Shown here one piece after another: positions 1 to 13,263 of a stretch of 64,000 bases of DNA. Position 1 is the stretch's first letter. Every line of letters starts with the position of its first letter. The DNA comes from Paecilomyces variotii. Taxonomy: Eukaryota. The notes below the pieces were generated by a model, which saw nothing but the letters and a program-made list of their open reading frames with translations, did not search any database and was not told the origin of the DNA. The stretch lies in NCBI GenBank assembly GCA_004022145.1, contig RCNU01000016.1. One strand, given 5' to 3'. The translations under genes and the position numbers were made by a program.

Positions 1-348
1 CTTTTGCATAGTTTATCTCGACTTGATGTGGCGTTAGAGACAACACAAAGCGCCGGGCGTCTCAGTGGCCCGCGATTCGCATACAAGCAAGGTTTGGGAT
101 TCAAGTTCCTCGACGGTAGCAGTTTAGCTAGTTACATATCTAGTCTAACTACCTAGCTAGATCCGCATTACTCTTACTCCAGATACATCCCTGTAGCCCG
201 GTTAAACTCACGGATAGCCGGCACAGATCCGAGCGATAGACTAAGGCTACTGCAATAATGGGTCCTAAGCTGGAGACTGATTATCGGCGATGGATCCAGG
301 ATTCTAAAGCGTTAAACATCACCACAACCTGCTATGCTAACCACTGAT

Positions 349-387
349 CTCCGCATGTGCTCTCTCCGCCACCTCTGAGATCTCCGC
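349..387 (-). promoter_or_regulatory. Three clustered SYGGRG (GCGGAG) CreA-type sites upstream of the GH92 gene
   Basis: CTCCGC on the + strand at 349-354, 364-369 and 382-387. The motif is short, so chance occurrence is possible. Confidence 0.3.
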
Positions 388-536
388 CAGATCTAGATCT
401 ACCACCAATGAAGAGTCGGATGCTTCTTTCATGGTCACTGGGTAATAGGTATTCGCGGTCTGACTAGCGTATCGGCTTTGGACTTGTCTGGGCCGATATT
501 ATAGCATAGAGATTGATATCATCACCTGGGTCCATC

Positions 537-3294
537 ATGTCGCTCCTTCCTCCGGTTCTGCACGAGCTATGGCTTGGTGCGGAGGCCTTCCTGGGAGCTA
601 GATTCTACATATCTACGCTGCCCACGGAGGAAGCCGAGCCTTTTCTCTCTCAGATCGCAGCCTTGTTCGAAGGCCCGTCTCTGTGGTGCTGGATTCGGTC
701 TGTACTGCTGATGATAATCCGCACGACGGTGTTTTCTGGTCTATTCAGAAACTTCCCTTCGCTCGCCATGCTTTCCATGGATGTGTCCTCCGGCACGGTT
801 CTTGGCTCGTTGGTGGCACGGTCGTTGGATTTCACGCAATATGTCAATGTTTTGTGAGCGATATCAGCTACATATGTTGTAAATGTTTATCCACAGGAAA
901 CAGTTCTAACAGCGGTTAGCACGGGATCTCAAAATGGCGGAAATGACTTTCCTGGAGTCGCCCGCCCGTTCGGCATGGTCAAATTGGGACCTGATCTGCT
1001 CGTCCCAGGAACGGATTCCTATTCCGGCTATCTACCCAATGGGAACTTTTCAGGTTTCAGCTTAATGCACGAGCAAGGAACCGGTGGTGCTCCGAAATAT
1101 GGCACTGTCTCTCAACTTCCCATTGTCGGTGTCGTGTCTGATCCATTGTCCAACTTGACTGTTGGGCGAGCTGTCGCAGACCAAGCATCCGTGGGATACT
1201 ACAAGGCCCAGACGACGGATAATGTCACCGTCGAGCTCGCTGCTTCGGAGCGGGCTGGTATGTACCAATATACCTTCCCGGAAGGGGTGTCGGGGAGTAT
1301 CCTCGTCGACGTCTCACATGTGTTGCCCTCCTTCAGAGGACAGGGTCTGGGGCAGAACTATGAAGGTGGTCAGATCGAAGTATTCCCTGACGGCCATTAT
1401 GAAGGCTATGGAACTTATGACAACGGCTGGAATAGGGCACCAGACTGGAACATATACTTCTGTATGTGCATGGTTGAATGATCCTGCGGAAGGAATAGGT
1501 TGCTGATTGTAAATAGGCGGACATTTTGATACTGCTCCCGTCAGCAACAAGACTTATAGTGGCACTGATGCTAGTGGGAGCGTTGAACAGGCCAGTGGAT
1601 CTGCATTCTCCAGTGCAGGCGCTACCCGAGTCGGCAGTCTGTTCACATTCAGCAGCCCTCGAGTCGTGTCGCGGGTTGGAATCTCTTGGATCTCCACCGC
1701 ACAAGCCTGCCAAAATGTGCAGACCGAGATTCCACCTGGAACTGACCTGCAGACGGTCGTCGACGACACGAAAGCAGACTGGAATACCAAAGTGCTATCC
1801 AAGATTACGACCACGAACACAAACGAGACGAGCCTGACACTGTTGTACACTTCGTTGTATTTCATGCATCTGATTCCCACCAATCAAACTGGCGAGAACC
1901 CGAGCTGGAGCTCCAGTGAGCCTTACTGGGAGGATATCTTCACTTACTGGGTTGGTTTGCCTCCCCAATGACTTTGGTCATGCTGTGGCCTTTTTGACTG
2001 TTGTTCTAGGATCTCTTCCGCTGTTCTACCGCTCTGATGCAGGTCCTGCAGCCAGATGTGTACGAGGAGCAGATCCGATCTCTCATCGATATCTGGCGCA
2101 ACGAGGGCTACATGCCTGATGCGCGGTCATCTAACTACAATGGACGCACGCAGGGCGGGTCCAATGCTGACAACATCTTGGCCGACGCGTATGTTAAGGG
2201 AGTCCGCGGCGCCGTCAACTGGCAGGACGGTTACAAGGCGATGCTGAAAGATGCCGAAGTAACCCCTCCAAACAACGATCCGGATCCCATGGCACCGGAT
2301 TCTTCAACCAAGGAGGGCCGTGGAGCTCTTCCAGACTGGCTGAGTCTCGGCTACATCACTCCTCGATTCACGCGGGCCGTAACTCGCGCCGTCGAGTATT
2401 CTTGCAACGACTTCGGCCTCTACCAAGTGGCTTCCGGCCTTGGTATCCAGGCTGATTCAGCGAAGTACCTGAACCGTTCTAGAAACTGGAGAAATCACTG
2501 GAACCCCAACCAGCAATCACTGGGATTCTCGGGCTTCGTCGTGCCCCGAAACACCACTGGGTTTATCGCCACTGATCCATTGACTGATAGCGGATATTGG
2601 GGCGATCCATACTACGAGGCCAGCTCGTGGGCGTACACATGGGCGAGCGTGCATGACATGAAGCACATGATTGATCTGATGGGCGGTCCTGACACAGTTC
2701 TGAAGCGTCTGGAGACAATGTTCACTCCAGGTGCTGGAGGTGGTACGGGGATCATCTTCGACTCTACTAACGAGCCGTAAGTTAATTCTGCGGAGGTCCG
2801 TTGACATTATTTCCAGAATGCTGACCAGGTGCAGAATGTTCAATATCCCGTACCTATACAACTATATCAACCGACAAGACCTGTCCGTGCTGCGATCCCG
2901 AAACGTCGCCAAGACCTACAACACCGGTGTGGCTGGTCTTCCTGGCAACAGTGATGCTGGCGCTATGCAGACCTGGCTCCTCTGGAACATCATCGGTCTC
3001 TACCCCATCACGGGCCAGACGACCTTCCTGATCCACTCCCCGTGGTTCGAGTCCCTGACGATCGACCTGGGTAGTGGGAAGACGCTTCAGATCACCTCCA
3101 CCGGCGGCGATGGCAACGGTGACAGCTCCTTTTATGTCCAGAGCCTCAAGGTCAACGGAAACCCGTGGAATCGCAACTGGCTCACCTGGGACGATGTCTT
3201 TGCCCAAGGAGGTACATTGGAGTTCGTCCTTGGTGATAGCCCGACTGATTGGGCGACGGGTGACGTGCCCCCAAGCCCTGCTTCAGAGGCATGA
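537..3294 (+). CDS. Glycoside hydrolase family 92 (alpha-1,2-mannosidase-like) protein, 5 exons
   Basis: GT-AG introns 854-919, 1462-1516, 1951-2009 and 2777-2834 join in frame DFTQYVNVF|TGSQNGGNDFPGVARPFGMVKLGPD, HEQGTGGAPKYG, TQGGSNAD, YYEASSW, TNEP|MFNIPYLY and GLPGNSDAGAMQTW, all typical GH92 motifs. Stop TGA at 3292-3294. Start codon uncertain (ATG 537 vs 768). Confidence 0.93.
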
Positions 3295-3682
3295 GCATGG
3301 GTATGCGTAAATATATAGAAGCAGCGTAGATATATAGCATATCTATAGTACATAGTATATAGCATTGATAGGCACAGTATATATTGGATGAAGCGTATCT
3401 GTGTTTGAAGCTTGTAGTAAGTAGTTGATTATGGGGAAACGCGGGGACATGACATCACGTCCCGCGGGCGGTCTGAGCGCATCCAGACTGGTCTTTCTCC
3501 CCGCATCCAGTCCAGCTTCGTTGCATCGCCTGATAACTCTAGAAAAGCCTGCCTTCGACCCACGGTTCCGCTTCGTTTTCTCCTCTTCTGGGTAGATAAA
3601 CAATCGATTGTCTCGAAGAATACTCCTTGACCGTCTCTTTTGCCTCCCAATCTCAGGACGCTTCCATCTCCAAGCTACGATA

Positions 3683-6140
3683 ATGATGCCCCAGGCCCCG
3701 GACGGCACAGGTCAGTGAGAGACTCTGCTCTGTCTGTTGATTTCATGTTTTCTCTGTCTGGCTTTTCCCCTAGTGTCGTCCTATGCTCAATTCGTCCAGG
3801 CGTCGTCCAGCTGGACCCGTGGCTCGAGCCCTACAAGGAGGCACTGCGCACCCGCTTCAGTTACGCGCAGAAATGGATCAAGGCCATCGAGGAGAGTGAA
3901 GGTGGACTGGAGAAGTTTAGCAAGGTATGGGATTCACCTATCTGATGATAATGAAAGAAGCATTCGCTGACGGGTTGATTGAATAGGGCTACGAGAAATT
4001 CGGGCTCAATGTCAGCGCAAACGGAGACATTACCTATCGAGAATGGGCACCCAATGTGATCCAGGCCCATCTGATTGGCGATTTCAGTGGGTTTCCGGAT
4101 TAGAATTCGACGATGGGCTAAGAGAGTGCTGACTGGGTAGATAATTGGGATCGTACCGCGACGCCTATGAAGAAGAACGACTTCGGGGTCTGGGAAGTGA
4201 CTCTACCGGCGAAGGATGGAATGCCTGCTATTCCGCATAATAGCAAGCTGAAGGTATATTCTCCGGGCCAGGGTTGGTGGTGATTACTGACGTTGCGACC
4301 AGATCACGATGGAGATACCCGGCGGAGAGCGTATTGACAGACTGCCAGCCTGGATCAAGCGTGTTGTCCAGGATCTGTCAGTGTCGCCTGTTTACGAAGC
4401 CGTCTTCTGGAACCCGCCCGCGGAGGAGCGGTATACCTTCAAGCAGCAACGCCCAAAGAGGCCCGAGAGTCTTCGCATCTACGAAGCTCACGTCGGTATC
4501 TCGTCCCCGGAGACGAGAGTCGCGACGTACAAGGAATTCACCAAGAATATGCTACCGCGCATTAAGTATCTTGGATATAACGCGATTCAGCTTATGGCCA
4601 TTATGGAACATGCCTACTATGCCAGTTTTGGGTACCAAGTCAATAACTTCTTCGCGGCCAGCAGTCGATACGGTACCCCAGAAGACCTGAAAGAGTTGAT
4701 CGACACCGCGCACAGCCTCGGTCTAGTCGTTCTCCTCGATGTCGTCCACAGTCATGCATCGAAGAATGTGCTGGATGGTCTGAACATGTTCGACGGGACT
4801 GATCATCTGTACTTCCATGGAGGTGGCAAGGGTCAGCATGAGCTCTGGGACAGTCGCCTGTTCAACTACGGTCATCACGAAGTCCTCCGTTTTCTGCTGA
4901 GCAACCTGCGGTTCTGGATGGAAGAGTATCGGTTTGATGGGTTCCGATTTGATGGTGTCACGAGCATGCTCTATACTCACCACGGCATTGGGACGTAAGT
5001 GATGCTTCGTTTTTTGTACTAGTTGAACTGAGCTGACCGTTGCAGTGGATTCTCCGGTGGATACCACGAATACTTCGGGCCCTCGGTTGATGAAGATGGC
5101 GTGATGTATCTGCAGATAGCAAACGAAATGCTTCATCAGCTCTATCCTGAGGTTATCACAGTGGCTGAAGATGTGTCAGGAATGCCTGCACTATGTCTCC
5201 CACTCTCCCTCGGTGGAGTTGGCTTTGATTACCGTCTAGCAATGGCTGTCCCAGATCTTTACATCAAGTGGTTGAAAGAGAAGGCCGACGATGAATGGGA
5301 TATGGGCAACCTTTCCTTCACGCTCACAAACAGAAGACATGGAGAAAAGACAATAGCCTATGCGGAGAGCCACGATCAAGCGTAAGTTTCTTCTATCCTC
5401 GATGCTGAAGCGTATACTGACCAATGCAGACTTGTCGGAGATAAAACCCTGATGATGTGGCTCTGCGATAAGGAGATGTACGACCACATGTCAGTTCTTT
5501 CACCACTCACGCCTATCATCGAGCGTGGCATGTCACTGCACAAATTAATCCGTCTGGTCACCCATGGTCTCGGTGGGGAGGGCTACTTGAACTTCGAGGG
5601 TAACGAGTTTGGTCACCCCGAATGGCTTGACTTCCCACGCGAGGGCAACGGCAACTCTTTCTGGTATGCTCGTCGCCAGCTGAACCTGACGGAGGACCCT
5701 CTGCTGCGATACCGTTTCCTGAACGAATTCGATCGCGCGATGCAGTTGACAGAAGAGAAATACGGCTGGCTCCACTCGCCTCAGGCGTATGTGAGCTTGA
5801 AGAACGAGACAGATAAGGTCCTGGTGTTCGAGCGCGCGGGCCTGCTCTGGATCTTCAACTTCCACCCAACAAACAGCTTCACCGATTATCGCGTCGGTGT
5901 CGAAACAGCGGGTACGTACCGCATCGTACTCGACTCCGACGACACCGAGTTTGGTGGCTTCGGTCGTAACCAGAAGGAAACGAGGTTCTTCACCACCGAT
6001 CTACCATGGAACGGAAGAAAGAACTTTGTGCAGGTCTACATCCCGACACGGACAGCACTTGTACGTATCTCGAGATTCTTCATCCTCCACATTATATACT
6101 AACATTTCTATAGGTTCTAGCTTTGGAGGAGACGCTGTAA
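3683..6140 (+). CDS. be1: 1,4-alpha-glucan (glycogen) branching enzyme, GH13 with CBM48, 8 exons
   Basis: Exons 3683-3710, 3800-3924, 3987-4086, 4141-4253, 4303-4994, 5046-5381, 5430-6060 and 6114-6140 splice in frame: [96 protein letters not shown]. Orthologue of yeast GLC3. Confidence 0.97.
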
Positions 6141-8198
6141 ATTAATTTACTTCGAATGCACATTACCGCTGACGCCAATACACTCTCTGATGTCCTGGGC
6201 CTACTTTGTTTCATTTTCTATTCTGCGCAAGACTGCAGTCTTTATCGCATTTTCGATCCGTTGTCATTAATAACTGCCCATGTCTCGAACAATGGGTAAT
6301 CTCAACAATGCTACCATATCCTCTCCAGTTTGTCGGATGTCAAAGTAATGTTTGAATGAGTAAATTCTATATTCTATATCTATACAGTTATGAGTCGATG
6401 ATTCAGAATGATGATAGCGCATCTCTTGGTCTTCTATATTAGTCCGTAAACATGGTGCTTCAGAGAGTGGTGTCTCGGAGTACAGCCCTCGTTTCGTATG
6501 TGACTGATATTGTGTGCTTATCATCACAGATTGGTCTGAGTTCCACCGTTACATTTGCGGGTTGGATTTTGCGTAAGCACCAGAGAGGAAGGCTTTTCTT
6601 GCGCCATAGGGATAAGATCATGTCTGAATTTCTATGATGTCCTGCTCTGGGCCAGTACTAGTTTTCACAAAATTTGGGTGGGTTTTCCTCGTCCTTTCTT
6701 CACGGGCGCAACAAAGGTGAATTTTGGCAGAATTAGGTCTGAGTCCGCTAACTGAATGTTTGTTTAGCAAATGTGCGATGCGATTTCTGACAAGGTACAT
6801 ACATATGAGAAATATCGCATTTCCAGACTAGGTCAGTATCAGCCACAGAACATGTGGCTGCCTGAGATAAATCTTGAATTCGACCTGTCACTGGGCTTTT
6901 GCTGGGGAATTGAGACGCCGCTGGTCAAGATGCTTCTCTACAACAGCTATTTCAATGTTGTCTTGGATGACGGACACCCATCGTGCATGCGTGAAGCCAG
7001 TAGCGGACAAGATTATGACTGGATTCTTTTTGCACAGTCCTTAACACTTTCGAGATCCTTAGGCATCATCCAGGTACGCACCTTCCCATTTTATCCCATC
7101 TGCCTCACTGATGCCGAAGATCCAGATAACACCTCGCTTTCCAATTTCCCATCATATCAGATTCAGACGAAAGCTGCTGGTGTGCAGTAAGTAGGAGAGG
7201 TTCAGGCGATAAACATCTACCACCTACTAGCACTCCGCATAGCTGACATGGATAGAGACCAAACGAAAAATTTGCCTCCGACGCGCAATAAACCCGGTCA
7301 GAAACGCTTTCGCTGACTCAAGAGATCTGTGATATGATCGGGGAATCCGATCCCTGCACTTTTAGCGTATATGAAACGGAGATTATCCCCGACATCCGGT
7401 CCATCTCAGTGTTTGAAGGAATTTTCAGCTCAGGCGATGTCCAGGAAGGCAGGCATTCATCATAATATTTTTACCCCTGAACGGATGAAATAGTAACGGA
7501 TCGCAACATATTGCTTGGTTAGGCCTTAGCGTGTCGCAGGGAATAGTTCCAGAAGTGTGGCGACCGCATGATGAATTGAATCCCAGATTTCTTTTCTCGT
7601 TCTCAACATGACCATCTGACAGATCAGCGATTGGGTTCTGGCAGTGGCAAATCAGATACCTGCTCGATATTGGTGCGCTCAACCCATATGATGCACGTTC
7701 TAAACGTGCCAAAGCGGCTTGTTATTCAACGTTGAAACGATCAACAGAAGCTGTGGATGCTATTCTCGCCAGTTGAACAGTACGAGTACATTCCTATCCT
7801 GGTTAAATGTATATAGGTAAAAGTCATCACACGCTCTTGGGCGCAGTTACAGGATCAGCGTTTGGCGGTCTCCTATTGACATTTTCGACATCAGATAGTA
7901 TTGGTTCGTGATTGCTTCAGAATCATATAGTAAGTCATGTGGCTATTTGCTAAAAGAAGAGGCCAGCAGCAACTCCATTTGACCCTGATCCTGTCTTGTA
8001 TTAAGGTATGGCCACCTCAATGCCCTAATTCAGAAAATCGATGGACATTCTTGGCTGTCGAAAGACAAGGATCTTCTCCCTTACTTCCCAGTTAGTCCTC
8101 GGGTCTCGTTCAGCTCAAGAAATGGAAGAAAACGGCGCGGAGAACATGCATTTAACTATATCGGCGCATGTCAGCTGAGGGTTCGCTGAACATCGCTT

Positions 8199-8230
8199 CC
8201 ATGCACACTGTACACCATGCACACTGTACA
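8199..8230 (+). repeat. Perfect 16-bp tandem duplication (CCATGCACACTGTACA x2)
   Basis: Directly visible at 8199-8214 and 8215-8230. Confidence 0.8.
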
Positions 8231-10673
8231 GTACTTACATATACGACAACAGGGGGCATCCCAGGCATTATAACGTCCGCCGCTAAACTAACGCCTCCAG
8301 GCCCCTGATCGCTCTACGAACCCTCTTCTGCTGCTTATTCTTAGGATTTCGATAGAGATTTCCATCGATGAATTAAGCTCGCTGGCTAAGCACTCGCAAC
8401 CCAGGACGGAATAATAATATCCTTTCAGTGTGGCGTTTGTATTATTGCCAAGGCCCTTGTTGACTGCCGAGAGCCGGTAACTAGTCTTCTCCTCCCGTTC
8501 CCTCAACCAGCACAGAGACGTGGTAAACAACTTGCTCGCTCACCCAGGATCATAGAGTTTGCCCGCAGAGGAACCCAACGTTGCTTAGGGATCGTCAGAA
8601 TCGCTGCGCTGTCACTAGTTGCACTCGTGTTCAAGACCATTGCTTGCACGGAGAACGGCCGTAGGCGCTGATTGTCGAGACTCGAGACAGAGAGACGAAA
8701 GCCTAGCCTGGCAAGCCCTCGGTGTTATTTTAGTCCTCCCTGTCGAGCTGGCCTTACGCTAGGGCCCAGGTATCTGTGGCACCGCTAGACAAGATGGTTT
8801 CCATATACTATTTCTGACCCGGAAAGATGTGATGCGGCTCATTTTCACGTTTTCAATCTAGACGGAGATAGTACGACAGATAGGATCCGACGGTAAAAGG
8901 TCTATTGAGTCTCGACTTTCCGATTGTCTGGAGATCATCGCTAAGGCTGCTCGGCACCGGACGACCAGATGCCTACGACGATCCCACGGAAGCATTGAGT
9001 ATTCCGTACTCTGGACCAGTAATGCACTCGATCCCCGTCAGACTGTTGCTCCTTGGTTTGGGATACGAAATGCTGATGCTGTGGCTGCAAATTGAAAGAA
9101 CCAACCATGGCCGAGAGTATAATTACTGACGGTATCCGGAAGCACCTACATCAAACAACAACATCATCCACTGTTGGACGGCTCGAGTACTCAGAGGGAA
9201 ATAGGAAGGAGACAGGAGGCCAAAGCCATATGGAGATGGAAAATCAAGCACGTTGACCCCACCAGCTGAGACTTGGAAGTTAACATTGGACAGAGCTGCC
9301 ACTGATTTCCGTCAGTCGAAGTCGGTAGTTCCGATGACAGCTGCGACGATCATTATTCAGATTAAGGAAGTCTTAGAAAGCAGCCTGCAGCTGGTCGCTA
9401 AGCGGCTAAGGATAGCTCTAGCCTGACGTCCATGGCTCATCGACCGGGCCAGCCACATCGCTACGCCTTTGTGGAGTAGTATCAACTAGGACCTGCCATC
9501 GGCCCTACGGAGGGCGGCATGGTCTCGTTTTGAAGACGCTAATCAGGCCTGGAGGAAATCTTCTCCGCCCGAGTCACAGGAGGACACAAGCCTCATGCTT
9601 GTGCGTCTCCCTACGACTCTGTGGCTGCCCTGGGGACGGCCCCCAGTTTCGATCTTGGTGAGCCCATTAAGTACGGAGTATTATTGATAAATTCACTGCT
9701 GATATATGGAGTAAATATGCTAGTTATTATTCTCTTCGTTGCTAGATATCCAGGGTCCTGTGGAGCCACGATCTGGTTCGTTCCGTCATGCAAGCTCACC
9801 GCGTGTCACATTTCATCGCTCGCGTTAAGTATTTGAGTTGTTCCTTACCGTGGATCCAGTCGCGCTGTCTTCTGTCCCTACCCGGTAGGGATGATCTCTC
9901 CCGCGTCCTGCGAGAACTGTTCCCGTGATGATCTCACCATCCAATGCCCTTGTGGATTATCTGGGGCAGATCTGAGAAACGAGGTTATGGACATGGAGGG
10001 GGTTCCTGAGCCACGGCCCCGTCGAGATCCCTGTGGCGCCCGGTTAGGATCCTAGCCGAATACATCCCGCTGAACCAGACGCTTTTTTTGTCAGCCTCTC
10101 TACGACATCGTCTTTCACTGCTTTAACCCAAGTACAGTAAGCACTCGACCAACTCCAGGCATTATTATTAGAGTCGGTGCGGAGAGACAGCCACACGTCC
10201 AGGCTTTCCGTTCGGTATCCTGCCCTGCCTCGGGGATCAAACCGTAGGTGAAGCTGAAGTACCTCGACCGGAGGTTACCCTAATGTAGCTGGGCATGATT
10301 GGCTCGCTGGTATCCAGAACACGAAGATATCTGCCCCTCACAGTCGAACCCTATGGCGACGGACAACAAGCGCTATCGGATGTTTGCCACTGTGGCTGGT
10401 ACGCTAGGATCGCAATGTCGAATAAACATCAAGCCTTAGCGGGAGTTCCGCCCTTTACCGGCACGATCCCGTCACTTCACTACGAAGTATTTTGTCTTCC
10501 TGTGTACAATTTGCTCGCACGTCGAGTACTCCGCTTAGCACCGCGTCGGTCATCTTCCAGGTGGTCCGTACGAAGCCATAAGGACACGGAAACTCCATCA
10601 AAGAGTGGAACTTGAGGCTGAGGTGTTCCCCCTAGCCACACTATCACTGGAGAGTATAATTCCATTCGGGTCC

Positions 10674-10693
10674 TTTTTTTTTTTTTTTTTTTT
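10674..10693 (+). repeat. Poly-T tract (~20 nt)
   Basis: Homopolymer run in the intergenic region. Confidence 0.9.
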
Positions 10694-11772
10694 CAGGGCA
10701 CGAAGAAATCAATGGCTAGCGAGGGGATGCATACCATGTCATCATGTAGGTAATTCGATCTTGGAACAACATTTTGACGTCTTTGCACAGCTTCATGATT
10801 GGGACTTTCTTGAAGTTCGTGCTCTTGCGCCGACGCAGCTCGAAAGGCTATCCTCGTGTTACGCCTCGGTTCACGGCTGAGATGAACTTGCGGCCGGCTC
10901 TTTTCTGGGCACCTGAAGATCGAACTTTCAAAATGGCAAATAGAATGAAAGGGATGGTTCCCTCGGACAAACTGTCCCAGATGTAACGGTTTCTCCGCCC
11001 ATTCCTGTCAAAACAATGGTCGGGTTTCCTGTCTCAGGGGAAAGATATCGATCAATGCCATCCGGCCGCTTGGAGACCATCTCTGAGAGCGCTCCGTCTA
11101 TGTAGTCATTTGTCCGGTCAAGGACGAAACGCATGCAGGAGTTTTGCCAGCCCCGCAGGCGGATCTCTCGTTCCGTATTCATCGGTGGGGAGTCCAACCA
11201 TAAGATGCAGACATCTCAAGGGTCTTCTGCGAGCCAGAGAGATATACTTCTGTCAACATGGATAATCGGTGAGCGCGACATTAACTTTTGAGCTAATGGC
11301 TCCGCTTCAGTGGATATTGTGGCAAATTGGCTGGACTGGCTATGCCCCTACGTCCCTACGGTCCTAGTACAGTACTACTAGATGAACTTGCATGAGGCTG
11401 GAGCCGGTCCGACGTACGGGAGAAGGAATGCGGCACGCCATGACGTTCACCGCCACACTTTCTAGTCTGGTCCAACTTAGTTCGTGTCATAATCCGTGAG
11501 ACTATAGACTCTATGTGCGCCAATTGCTTTGTGGATATCGCACAGACTGATTCGATCCTGGCTCGCAGCCTTAATTCTTCACCCCAGACAGCGCCCCCTT
11601 CATCCCTAGTGATCGCTTCTGATCACAGCTTCGTCGAAGAGCAAAAGTCGTCAAAGTATTTAGGAGTGTTTACTCCTACAAAGTAGATATCGGGGAAATA
11701 TTCATGCATTTGCTGGGGTGGAGCTCTCCCGATCTTTCCTATCACATCTATGGTTGAGGCACAATAAACCCT

Positions 11773-13263
11773 ATGGATAGAAGCGCCTCACACATCCAAA
11801 CCTCGGCAGAGATGTATGGAGGAACAACTCCATGGGTGCGTGTTGGGATGCTACAGTCTATGATTCTCTCAACGTGCTTTTTGACTGACATGTCGTCTTC
11901 TCAGCCTGTGGATTGGAACCCACGATACGGAGTGGGTCTTTCGACAGCAAGTTCACTGCCCAATTTGACTCAATTCGATCATTCTGGAGGCTTCATCCTA
12001 TCCAACTCACAATACGACGCTCCTCAACCTCAGTATCCTAAACCTCATCCAAGTTCTCTACCATGGAATCCCTCGCAACGTCAAATCTACTCATCCGGTT
12101 GGTCATCTATTGTCCTTCGTTGGCAAGGCTGTGCTGACTCAATCTGGGACTCAAGGACATGTGCGACCTCTATCAGATGTCCAACATACGACACAGGCAG
12201 AGGTTATAGCCTCTCATCCCTACATGGTCTATCAGAACCCAATGGTGACAGCACCTATGGTTCAGACTTCATATCCACCAAGGTTTGATCCGTTGGGATT
12301 AGGCCCGAAACCTCCAGAGGGGCTACCTCTGAATCTACCAGTGTCCCCTCATCATCGCCTGGGCATCGTCGAACCTATCCAGCAGCAGTCTCTGGCTAGC
12401 AGTCCAATCAAATCGATCAGGGTCGGAGATGAAGCTACGATGGTGGCCTATTATGAATCAGCATTCCATGCTTTGCAGCAAACGAATTGTCGGATGATCG
12501 CGAAAGCGTTCATTAAAGTCGTCGAACCTAGGAAACAAGCGAAATACCCGTACAATGGAGGAAAAGGGCCGGATGGAAAGAAAGGGGACCCGGAAAAGAC
12601 AAAGCCTGCTTGGTGGCCTACAAAAGTCACCCACCGAGAACCAGACCATCTGAAGAAGCCAGGTAAGATGGGCATTCTTCTTTGTTTTCAAGGCTGCGAC
12701 TGACATATCTGGGATAGAACGAGTTCGATTACTTATTCATCTTCTGCGAGGCCTGGACAAGCGACGCGGCATCACGGTCGATCAACTGGAGGATGCAGGC
12801 CGCAGCATTAGGCGGCGAATAAAGCCTGCCGATCGTCTGGATGTTCTGGCCGAAGTCTACCGTGTGAGAAGGGTAGAAGAACGCTACGAGAACGGAGAGA
12901 TCGGTAAGTAAAGATGATGCTATTGATATCTGTTGTTTCCCAACTCTTCTAACCTTAACAGATGGTAACACGGAAATCTACGTTGTCGACCGAGGCTGGA
13001 AGACGAGCAACGACGAGGAAAACCGCTCACCAACCCCTACTCTACAATCAGAAAACACACAGAACTCGCCTACATCCGATTCGTACCCTAGAAGCGTTCC
13101 CAATAGCACACCTGTGACTACCGAAAGCACTCTATACCGTGAAAATGTTGGGCCTGTTCAAGCGCCCATTCACCCACCAGTCCAGCCGCCTATCCAGGAC
13201 CAGCATAGTCCAGCAGCCTACATGCACCATTACAGCCATAACATGCCCCCCCGATATCGATGA
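11773..13263 (+). CDS. DUF2841 / YDR124W-like helical-bundle domain protein, 5 exons
   Basis: Introns 11836-11904, 12098-12155, 12663-12717 and 12904-12961. Core YYESAFHALQQTNCRMIAKAFIKVVEPRKQAKYPYNGG...PEKTKPAWWP...HREPDHLKKP|ERVRLLIHLL is the DUF2841 signature. Pro/Ser/Gln-rich termini; stop TGA at 13261-13263. Confidence 0.85.

Noticed and set aside
650-6145. Many short overlapping or antisense ORFs in the ORF track
   Set aside because: They are shadow frames of the GH92 and be1 exons with no independent motifs.
6267-7712. ORFs 6267-6527(-), 6771-7190(+), 7425-7712(-)
   Set aside because: No recognisable domain, codon bias or coherent splice model.
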